Shown: positions 11,089 to 21,489 of the stretch, piece by piece
Numbering within the stretch: the first letter of the stretch is position 1
How the letters are laid out: each line of letters opens with the position of its first letter
From: Octopus bimaculoides
Taxonomy: Eukaryota
Assembly: GCF_001194135.2 (NCBI RefSeq)
Contig: NC_068987.1
Span: 39,068,654 to 39,106,912, forward strand
DNA length: 38,259 bases
Direction: 5' to 3'
The notes under the pieces: generated by a model
Seen by the model: only the letters and a program-made list of their open reading frames with translations
What the model was told of the DNA's origin: nothing
Databases searched by the model: none
Program-made: the position numbers and the translations under genes

Positions 11089-11171
11089 AAGCTCTGATGA
11101 AGCTATAAGGTGATACTCAGGCACTCAACTATGAGTCCACTGCATCTTGTAGCAAAAACAGCTGTAAGCTA
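11089..11171 (+). ncRNA. Degenerate type I minimal hammerhead ribozyme motif
   Basis: CTGATGA at 11094-11100; long stem II GCTATAAG/CTTGTAGC; AAAAA in place of GAAA; palindromic stem III ACAGCTGT; GTA triplet; stem I AGCT/AGCT. Confidence 0.6.
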
Positions 11172-12455
11172 ATTAAGTTCATAGGATAATTATTTATTTC
11201 TTTGTCATTTCAATTTGTTAAAAATATATATATATATATAAACAAGGTTCTAATTTTAGAATGTTGAAATGACCAACACCCCTCATCTGCAATATTTTCT
11301 TTATATTCTACTTTTAAAATATAGCTATAAAATTTGGTTTTATTTTACAGTTAATAAATTTTACAAATGCTATTTGCACCAATGTTATACAAGGAAATCC
11401 AAAGACAATAGTGTAGAATAGTGATATATATATAGGAAACGATACAGCAATTACATGAAACATCCTTGAAATAGCACTGTCTTCAATGAGGAAATTTCAG
11501 TTTTGAATACTATAATTGTTGACTTATAACAATTCGTTTGTTCTGCCATACACAGATGACCAGCCTAAAATCTGTTTTTGGAACTGTATCTTAAAGAAGC
11601 TAGTTACTAACTACTCTCATGAACATTTACTGATCAAAGGGACACTATTCTATTAGACTATTCTCAATACTGATATTAACTAGCAATATATCAACCTTGA
11701 CATTTTCTTCTACTTTTATATTTACGCCTACAAATTTCTTTGATGTAAGATATATAAATACTTGCTTACAAGATATAGAATACAATGTGATAGATAATAT
11801 TAACATTGCTTGTATGTTGAATACTTTTACTAAAATTGATTTCCACTACATGATAAATCAAATATTTCTAAAGAATAAAAAGTTTAGGGAGGTATAACAA
11901 TGCAATATAGAACAAAAAATGGACTGTATACCTGTTGTAACTTGGTAAACTGTAGTCCGATGATATTTCAGAATTAGAATTCCTTCTTCAGATCTTATTT
12001 GCTGGAGTCTCTGCTATAAACTGATTATTTCCAATTCACAATACTCTTTAAAATTTTCTAGGATTAATTATTAAGAATTTTCTGATTTACTGCTGAAATA
12101 TATTTAGAACTATTTTTATGTTCTGAAATGGCCTTTATATTTTACATACCATGATTACTATTTTGGGGGAGTTTAAAAGAGATCTGATTCTTTCATTTAC
12201 TCAGATTATTTAATCTCTAACTCAGTCTATCTTTTTCTGTGTATGTCTTCATAATTTAGGGGCTAGCATGCCTGCCTGGTCAGTAGATATAGGATTATAA
12301 CTTCAGTTTCCAAAAACAGAAGTATTGTAGAGTAAAAAACTCCTAGCAAGCTGCATACTTTTCAACTAGAATATTTATTATGAATATAATGAATACCAAA
12401 GAAAATGGAGCAGTATATCACATGAGAGAGAAGACAAACAAAATGGACATGGAGA

Positions 12456-13110
12456 AAATAACTTGCTCTGCTCCTTAAAATAACTAACCTTGTTTCTTGG
12501 CTACATGTATATACATATTTTGCATTTTTCTCTAAAATAATTCTTTCTTGTTTGCTCTGTTCCCTAAAATGACTCTTTCATGGTTGTTTACGTAAACTGT
12601 AAACATTTATATTGATTCATCAAATAACTTCCAAATTGTAATCTCTCCCTCTAAAATAATCCCTTCCTTTGTTTCTTGACTACATATATACACGTATTTC
12701 GTACTATTCTCTGAAATAATTTCTTTCCTATCTGTATCTCTCTTGTTCCTGGTTGCAATGGCTACTCACTGCTATTTCTCTTACTCCCTTAGGGTAAAGT
12801 CTGCTATCTTCATCCATTTCTGGCTACCGCTTCCACACCTGTTCCCCACCCTCTCAGACTTTCATTAGTTTATTCCATGTGTTTGGCCATTTGGTGACAC
12901 TCGAAAATATGCACAGCTAAGAATTTCTCTTGTTTGTAATCGCCTCATTCATTCAAACTCATCTATTCTCTAAAATAATTCTTCCTTGTTTGTTCTGTCC
13001 CTAAAATGACTAACCTTGTTTCTTGGCTACATGTATATACATATTTCGTATTTTTCTCTAAAATAATTCTTACTTGTTTGCTCTGCTCCTTAAAATGACT
13101 CTCTCTTGTC
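12456..13110. repeat. Complex degenerate tandem repeat
   Basis: Recurrent CTAAAATAATT..TTCTTGTTTG.TCTG..CC.TAAAATGACT and AACCTTGTTTCTTGGCTACATGTATATACATATTT modules at about 12456-12590, 12650-12730 and 12965-13110. Confidence 0.85.
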
Positions 13111-13122
13111 CATGGTTGCGCC

Positions 13123-13222
13123 NNNNNNNNNNNNNNNNNNNNNNNNNNNNNNNNNNNNNNNNNNNNNNNNNNNNNNNNNNNNNNNNNNNNNNNNNNNNNN
13201 NNNNNNNNNNNNNNNNNNNNNN
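13123..13222. other. Assembly gap (100 N)
   Basis: Run of N. Confidence 1.
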
Positions 13223-13260
13223 AGCGGACGTTAAACGATGATGATGATGATGATGATGAT
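13223..13260 (+). mobile_element. Extreme 3' end of the RTE family tail
   Basis: AGCGGACGTTAAACGATGATGAT..., matching the ends of 1-303 and 10590. Confidence 0.85.
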
Positions 13261-14791
13261 ATATATATGAGTGTGTGTGTCTGTCTGTCTGCATGTGTGT
13301 GCATGAATATGTGTGGGTGTATGCCTGTGAGTTCGTGTGTTTGGAAATATGTCTACACTGTAATTTCGATGTTTTAGAATGAAAAATAAAGTCAGGTTTC
13401 TTTTAATTTCATGTTTTTTCAGGAACAAGCATTACTACAGTATTTACAAATTAGAAAAATAAGACCCATTTCTACGGAGATGAGTATCATGTTATCCGCT
13501 CTTGAATTTTATGTGGGAACTATTTTCTAAGTATTTAAAGTTGTTGTTGCTGTTGCATGTTCCACTTCTATATCCACATTCTTTTAGTAAGAATTCTGAT
13601 TCATTCTGATGTGAATTCTGCTATTGTGAGGTGTTTTTAAAGATTTTTTGCTTGGCGACTACTATGAGGGTTTTTTCAATCAGATTTTTCATTTTGGGAC
13701 TTGGTAGGAATATAGGTAAATTCGATTTTATGGCGTGAAAGATGTTGGTTATTCCAGGACTGTGTGTGTTAACAAATGGAAACATGTGTTCATTAATTTT
13801 TTCCTTAAGTGTCCGTAGTTGGGTGATGCTCAGTTTCGTCGCCTTCTTAATACCCTCATTAATTAATCCTAAGGAGTATTTTTGCATTGTGAGGAAGACT
13901 TTATGCTCGTTGAGTCGAATTTCACGCATTTTGGGTCAGTCACTATAGCACAGTTGCGTCTTGTCATGCTGTATGAGATGTTGTTTTTGATGTGTGATGG
14001 GGTTCTTGCTTTTATAGCTATCCAGAAAGATAGACATATTGAGAACAATGGGCTTCGTTGGCGGTACTATGATATCTCTATTCTAGCTTTTGGTGAAGAC
14101 ATTATTTCGGCCTAGCTAAAGGTATCTCGCACATGTAAAACTGCTGTCCCTGAAATAATCATTGTTCCACCGTGAGGAAAGTTCTATTGAACTGTTAATT
14201 TAAATTTGGCTATGGTGGATCGAATCCACTTCATGCTTGCAAGATTCACCACATCACTCCCATCGCCAGTGAGGTTCCGGGAAGGGAAACGAACGATCAA
14301 AGGAGAGAAAGAAATGCATGGTTGAATAGAAATTTTGCATATCAGGAGAGAGGATCGTTGAAGTGTATACAGGACAGTTTTCTATTTCGATTAGTTCGAA
14401 TAGAGGTGTCGGTTTGCGTGCCAAAATGTGTGCAGTCAGTGACTGGGCAGTACTGTAAATGAACGCGTGTGTGCAGGTGCACGTATCAAAATTCACTGAA
14501 GAATAAACCCAGGTGAGCGAGTGAGTGTATTCTCAATCCGTGATATGAAAGATCTTCCTGCAAGGTTGCCGTGTGTAAAATGCTTGGAATGTATTTACAA
14601 AGGGAAATGCGTCTAGTGTTGCTGTCGTGGGTAATTGCTGAGTTAGCAAGGACGATAGTGTAGCATGCTGGAGTGATGTGCGAGACAGATAATTTTCTCT
14701 GTTAATTACGTGACCAAACAGGGGGAAATTCTCTTTCTCACAGAGTCACCAATTTGTTGGTAATGCAGTTTCAGAAAGCAACAATTCTTTC

Positions 14792-14925
14792 GCTCGGGGT
14801 CGCCAATTGTAACGGATGAAGATTAATTTTGTATCGGTTGAAATTTAATTGTGACGGCATGTTGTAAGATGTGAAAGATGAACAATGCATGAAGTTTTAA
14901 GAAAATATTTATTTTTACCGTTACA
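14792..14925 (-). mobile_element. Short LTR-like element (TGTAACGG...CCGTTACA, 118 bp) followed by PBS-like TGGCGACCCCGAGC
   Basis: Perfect 8-bp terminal inverted repeats at 14808-14815 and 14918-14925, an internal AATAAA on the minus strand, a 2-nt spacer, then a TGG-starting PBS-like sequence. Confidence 0.6.
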
Positions 14926-15203
14926 TTATACAATACCTTGCCTCGGCGGGCAGATGATAAAATCGTAGAGCATGAGAAGTAAGGATAGATATAGATTTTC
15001 CTTGTATAGTTTGTGTTCTCGTCATTGTTTAGTAGTAATTACAGAGAGATAGAATGATGTTGTAAGAGAACAGAATTAGAGCTAGTGAGAGTGAGAGAGT
15101 GTGGGACGTTGTCTTTCTTTTTCCCTCTCGCCGTTTGTCTGCCTGCTTCCATGGTTCTAGCGGTCGGTTCACTAACTGATGTTAGCTCTTTCTCAACTCA
15201 AGA

Positions 15204-15298
15204 GTTGTCACCAAAGTGACTAACTCAGTTGTTACCAAGTCACTAACTGGTTGAGTCGTCACCAAGTGACTAACAGGTTGAGTCGTTACCAAGTGACT
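15204..15298. repeat. Four-unit 24-27 bp tandem repeat (GTY(A/G)CC-type core GTYACCAAGTGACT)
   Basis: Units start at 15204, 15228, 15255 and 15282. Confidence 0.9.
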
Positions 15299-15849
15299 GT
15301 CTTTTGCTTGGGGTTCTTGCTTTTATAGCTAACCAGAAAGATAGACATATCGTTGAGAACAATGGACTTTGTTGGCGGTACTATGATATCTCTATTCTAG
15401 TTTTTGGTGATTAGAAGAAGTTAGAAAAGGTCAAGTGGTGAAGACATTATTTCGGCCTAGCTAAAGGCATCTGGCATATGTAAAACTGCTGTCACTGAAA
15501 AAAACCATTGTTCCACAGTGAGAAATGTTCTGTTGAACTGTTAATTTAAATTTTCTCTACTTCCTCATAAAATTTTTCTTCCAAGTATCCCATTACTAAG
15601 TTTGCATATGAGGGTGCAAACCACATCCCCATAGCCGTACCCTTTAACTGTCGATATTGAATCTAAAGGTACTTTCTTCCAGTATTAGTCATGTGGCCTT
15701 GGTGATGAAGTCAGTCTTGAAGTGTTTATTTATCCGTCCTCTATGTTTCTCTACCCAGTGTTTGACTGCCTCTAGGCCTAAGGTGTGAGGTATATTGGTA
15801 TAAAGATTGGTTACATCAAAACTTGTAAGTATAGATCCTTCTGGGACAT

Positions 15850-16526
15850 CTTAAGGAAAGAAAAAATACACTATTACTGTTGTTTCTGCCCCAATATTTA
15901 TAACATGATACTCATCTCTATAACAATGGATCTTATTTTTCTAATTCGTAAATATTGTAGTAATGCTTGTTCATGCATAAACATGAAATTAAATGAAACC
16001 TGACTGTATTTTTCAATGCAGAACATCGAAATTACAGTTTAGATATAGACATATTTCCAAATACACGAAATCAGAGGCGCGCGCGCGCACACACACACAC
16101 ACACACACATCTAATTTTTCATAGAAATTCTTATCTTTCTTGTGAAAATGCTTTCAGTAATGACCACACCCCATCCATTTTTTATTATCCCCCCCCCCCA
16201 CCGTCCTAAAAGAGGTCACCAGCCTTGAACTCATGTCTCATGCCAGTAGCTATACATTGGTAAAAAAAAACTGAATAAATAAAATGGCAAAAAAACATTC
16301 CAAATTGAAAAGAAATCTCTCTTCTCCCTCCCTCTCTCTCCTCTCCCTCCCTCTCTCTCCCTCTCTCTCTATTTCCATTGTCCTGTACCCCCCCACACAC
16401 AAAAAAACACTGTTTTCCTCTTCTAAACAAACAAAAATACTTGATTAATATAAATGAACAACCTGTTTGCACATTCACTATTTTATTTGACAAGTTTGAA
16501 GATGAACAAAAGCGTTAATAATAATG
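15850..16526 (+). repeat. Upstream pseudo-LTR of the Penelope-like element
   Basis: Colinear homologue of 20232-20950 (CTTAAGG...GTTTCTGCCCCAATAT...TCCTAAAAGAGGT.ACC...AGCG.TAATAATAATG). Confidence 0.88.
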
Positions 16527-17889
16527 ACTAAATTAAAAATTATTTTTTCAAATTCTGACGACCTCCTCTTTTCTCAATATTCAATATCTGTACACCACTT
16601 TTAACAGTCTATACATATCTTATTGGATGTACAAGATGTCAGAATGAATGGATCAGAATCAAGCTTGCAGCCCAGAGACACCAAAAACACAGAAGTACTC
16701 CTCACAGAAATATCTAGTAAGTTGAACTTACTTATATCAAAACTTAACACAATCTTCACCAATACAGATAAAACTCTAACAACTGAAACGAACAATGAGA
16801 AAATAGCAAGAATTGATATACAACAACCAAATCACTTAGAACCACAACTCTGGAAAAAGACCTCCTCAATCAACGATAACATGCATATTGAAAAAGCATT
16901 CGATGTAACAGTATAGCCAACACCTACCAGAATTGGCGGAGCAAAGAGAACCCAATCCTTCCCAGAAAATTTCTTATGAAAGAAATAAGAACTGAATCAC
17001 TGAGAGACAATGATATGGGCGAATATAGCTTTATGCCGACCAATCACGAAAAATACGACACGAAGAGAAAGCAAAAACCATTGATGCAATTATGTTTACT
17101 GAAATCGTCGAGCGGAGTAACAATCAATGTCATGAAAATCTGCAAAAAGAAGACACAAAGCGGGAAGAAGAAAAATCCATAAAAATGTAGGAAAAACAAG
17201 AGCGGTTCACTAACTATGAAATAAACTATGGAGAAAAATCCATTATGAAAACGAAACCGCAACAACAACAAAAATATGAGGAAATCGAAAACAAACATAG
17301 ATACCAACCCCAGAGGAACCAGACTAAGGTATCAAACCTCTGGTCACCCTAGAACATGTGCAGAAATGATCTCCATCTCCATCCAGACTAGAAATCCATA
17401 TTCTGCAATACATAACACTGAAATATAGAAGACAACCATCAACCCATAATATAAAACGCTCTAGGTGGACAAATGCATGGCAAAGAAGACATGAAAGATA
17501 AATAGCATATAGACAACCACCAACTCGTAATACCACGTACCCTAGATTGATGAATACATGGGAAGAAAGACGAAAAGAATACGGACAACATAGAAACCAT
17601 AATATAAATAACCACCATAGTAACTTAAGAAACCCATAATTTACAACCAAAAATCCCATATATCCTGAATGGCCTAAAAAACATGGAAGATGGGAAGAAA
17701 ACAGAACCTATAGACAACAGAATTCGTACAAAAAACACGAACCATCCCTCCGCCTACATGGGAGCCAGGACCCCAAAATCAGAAAATGGAGACATGGTAA
17801 CACAATTCTTTTTTAGGGAGAAAATACCATAATCACGCACCAAACCCGACACAACAGAACATTTTAATGAACACACAGAACATATAGAC

Positions 17890-19300
17890 CCGAAGATCAT
17901 GAATTTGTCAAATAGAAACCTCAACAAGAATAAAATGAAGCCTATTAAAAGGTTTCGAATTTACCCCGACACCCACCCCTAATCTCATTGAATATTGAAC
18001 ATTTTAACCGCCACCTCTTCGGCAATAAGGATTTAAATGATGAATCAATAGTCAGAAATAAATCCCACTTCACCCTCTAAGAAGGAAAGGACAAATATTT
18101 AGACGCTTATATAGATACAATTTCAAAATTTCCCCTAAATACCTACAGATGCGAGCAAAACTTTCGTGAAGAGGAAAAGGAAGCTTTACTAACACTGAAG
18201 AATAACAACTCAATCATCCTAAAAGAAGCCGATATGGGAAGGGCGATAATAATCATGGACAAGGACTACTATAAAGATAAAATATTGAAAATTTTAACAA
18301 ACCAAACCTACTACAAGGAAGAACCAAGACACCCAGAAAAAACTATAATAAACAAAATCAAAACACTAATCAGTGAATACCAAGATTCTTTCACAGACAA
18401 AAAGAAAGATTATATATGCAACTCCGTAATCAAAAAGAGCGATTTCCACAGATTGCCCAAAATCCACAAAAGCTCCGAAATACAAAGTGCCAGAAATAAG
18501 CAGAAGAACCAATACATAAAAATACTAAGGCCTGCTGACCTCAAGCACCAACACAACAACTAAGTCATTTTTTAGATATACTCCTAAAACTTTTGTACCC
18601 ATTAATACCCAGTTTATATATGGGATGGCATATATTTCTTCCAGCAGATTCCACCCATTGTCCCAGAAGGTACTATACTTAAAAGTTTTGATGTCACCAA
18701 TCTTTATACAAATATACCTCACGTCTTAGGCCTGGAAGCAGTCAAGCAATGGGTAGAAAAACATAGAAGACGGATAAATTAACGCTTCAAGACTGACTTC
18801 ATCACCAAGGCCACATGCCTAGTACTAAGAAAATACCTTTAGATTCAATAATAAAACATATCAATAGTTAAATGGTACGGCTATGGGGATGCGGTTTGCA
18901 CCTTCACATGCAAACTTAGTAATGAGATACTTGGAAGAAAAACTTTATGAGGAAGTAGAGAAAACTTTTGATCAGGAGTACAAGAAATATATCGTTAAAA
19001 AGTGGAATCACTTCCTTTATGATTACTTCATCTTTTGGGACCTAAGTATTTTTAACAATATACTGAACACACTTCACTCATCCATCAAATTCACGACAGA
19101 ATCCAGTTACAATGAATTACCATTCCGAGATATCCACATGAAAATACAGAACTCCACAGTCACAACAAGCATATTTTACAAAAACACTGGCACACACCAA
19201 TATTTAAATTTCTACTCTTGCCATCCATTACATATCAAAAAACCTCCCATACAGCATGACAAGACGCACCTGTGCTATAGTGACTGACCCCAAAATACGG
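17890..19300 (+). pseudogene. Penelope-type reverse transcriptase remnant
   Basis: Motifs lie in ORFs 18234-18563 and 18883-19287; the catalytic W.RY.DD is degraded to WNHFLYD. Confidence 0.9.
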
Positions 19301-19786
19301 GAAATCCGACTCAATAGGCATAAAGGCTTCCTCACAATGCAGAAATTCTGCTTAGGATTAATTAAATTAATGAGGGAATTAAAAAGGCGACGAAACTGAG
19401 GATTACCCAACTACGGACACTTAAGGAAAAAATTGATGAACACACGATTCCGTTTGTTAACACACAGTTCTGGGATAACCAACATCTTTCATGTCATAAA
19501 ATCGAATTTACCTATACTCCTACCAAGCCCCAAAATGAAAAATCTGATTGAAAAAACCCTCATACAGCATAGTAGTCGCCAAGCAAAACATCTTTAAAAA
19601 CACCTCACAAAAGCAGAATTCACATTAGAGAATGAATCAGAATTCTTAGTAAAAGAATGTGGAGATAGGAGAAGTGGAACATGCAACAACAACAACAACT
19701 TAGAATACTTAGAAAGTAGTTCCCACATAAAATTCAAGAGAGGATTCTAGTTAAAAATAAATGCAGATATGAACTGAAAAATGCAG

Positions 19787-20056
19787 AACTGCATATACTG
19801 CATTACCTGCCCCAACTGCAAAGAAAATTACATTGGTGATACAAATAATTCTCTCTGCCAACGTGCAAGAATCCACAGGCAGCATATCTAACAAGAGGAA
19901 TTACGCAAGACTTCGTTAAGCAAGCATCTGGAAATATGCAGCAACAGAAAATTTGAAGTCTTTCTCTTTTGCTAATGTACACTGGATGACCCGCAATACC
20001 GAAAAGCAATGGAGCTACACTTCATCAAAAAATTCTCGCCAAAATTGAATGTTTGA
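19787..20056 (+). pseudogene. GIY-YIG endonuclease remnant of Penelope-like element
   Basis: NCIYCITCPNCKENYIGDTNNSLCQRARIHRQHI*...LSKHLEIC...RKAMELHFIKKFSPKLNV*, with two in-frame stops. Confidence 0.88.
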
Positions 20057-20231
20057 AAGTTAAAGCGGAGTATTTGCATTTTTGATTGTAATATATATAT
20101 ATATATATATATATAACATTGATATATTCTAACTTTACGTATTTTTCTAATTTGTATATATTGTTTGTTCATACAAAACATGAAATTGAAAGAAGCCTGG
20201 TTTTATTTTTCAATACAAAATTTTCTGATAC

Positions 20232-20950
20232 CTTAAGGTAAGAGAAAAAATACTATTACTGTTGTTTCTGCCCCAATATACTCAGCTCTGTAACAGTGGA
20301 TCTTATTTTTCTAATTTGTAAACATTGTACTAGTGTTTGTTCATGCAAAAACATGAAAAAAGAAACCTGACTTTATTTTTCAATGCAAAACATCGAAATT
20401 ACACAGTGTAGACATATTTCTAAACACATGAACTCACAGGTACACATACGCTCGTGCACACACATACACACACAGACACAGACACAGACAGACACACACA
20501 CACACACATTTAATTTTTCATAGAAATTCTTATCTTCCTTCTGGCACCTTAAGGAGAAAAAATTATTTCAGTGATGATCGCACTCCATCCATTTTTCATT
20601 ATTTTCCCCATCCTAAAAGAGGTTACCATCCTTGAACTCATGCCTCATGGCAGTAGCTATATAATGGTAAAAAAAAACTGAATAAATATATAAATGGTGA
20701 AAAGCATTCCAAATTGAAAAGAAATCTCTCCCCCCTCTCTCTCTCTACCTATTTATCTATCTATCTCCATTATCCTGGAATCTCATCCCCCCGAATAGAA
20801 ACAACAAAAAACAAAAAGAGTTCTCTTCTAACCAAAATATCAAAACAAAACAAAACAAAAGCACCTGATTTATATAAATGAATAACTTTTTTACACATTC
20901 ACTATTTTGTTTGACAAGTTCGAAGACAAACGAAAGCGCTAATAATAATG
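20232..20950 (+). repeat. Downstream pseudo-LTR of the Penelope-like element
   Basis: Homologue of 15850-16526; runs into the gap. Confidence 0.88.
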
Positions 20951-21478
20951 NNNNNNNNNNNNNNNNNNNNNNNNNNNNNNNNNNNNNNNNNNNNNNNNNN
21001 NNNNNNNNNNNNNNNNNNNNNNNNNNNNNNNNNNNNNNNNNNNNNNNNNNNNNNNNNNNNNNNNNNNNNNNNNNNNNNNNNNNNNNNNNNNNNNNNNNNN
21101 NNNNNNNNNNNNNNNNNNNNNNNNNNNNNNNNNNNNNNNNNNNNNNNNNNNNNNNNNNNNNNNNNNNNNNNNNNNNNNNNNNNNNNNNNNNNNNNNNNNN
21201 NNNNNNNNNNNNNNNNNNNNNNNNNNNNNNNNNNNNNNNNNNNNNNNNNNNNNNNNNNNNNNNNNNNNNNNNNNNNNNNNNNNNNNNNNNNNNNNNNNNN
21301 NNNNNNNNNNNNNNNNNNNNNNNNNNNNNNNNNNNNNNNNNNNNNNNNNNNNNNNNNNNNNNNNNNNNNNNNNNNNNNNNNNNNNNNNNNNNNNNNNNNN
21401 NNNNNNNNNNNNNNNNNNNNNNNNNNNNNNNNNNNNNNNNNNNNNNNNNNNNNNNNNNNNNNNNNNNNNNNNNNNNNN
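20951..21478. other. Assembly gap (N run)
   Basis: Run of N. Confidence 1.
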
Positions 21479-21489
21479 GGGGGGGGGGC

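Larger units (their letters stand above)
13261..15847 (-). mobile_element. 5'-truncated, internally deleted Penelope-like copy in inverted orientation (interrupted 13998-15553)
   Basis: 15554-15847 is a reverse-complement homologue of about 18660-18965 (VPEG..SFDVTNLYTNIPH..GTAMG..FAPS.ANLVM). About 13540-13997 matches 19220-19700, and 13261-13460 matches the pseudo-LTR at about 20300-20500. Confidence 0.88.
15850..20950 (+). mobile_element. Penelope-like retroelement (decayed), flanked by direct pseudo-LTR repeats
   Basis: IMNLSNRNL...KGFEFTPTP (17890); EADMGRAIIIMDK..Y; RLPKIHK; FDVTNLYTNIPH; GTAMGMRFAPSHANLVM; GIY-YIG at 19787-20056; repeats 15850-16526 and 20232-20950. Confidence 0.93.

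Noticed and set aside
11930-12020. Possible minus-strand exon (QRLQQIRSEEGILILKYHRTTVYQVTT) with AG/GT flanks
   Set aside because: Weak splice context, no recognisable homology and no partner exons; needs RNA-seq.
15204-15298. CRISPR-like array
   Set aside because: Linkers are about 10-13 bp and near-identical, there are no cas genes, and the context is eukaryotic.
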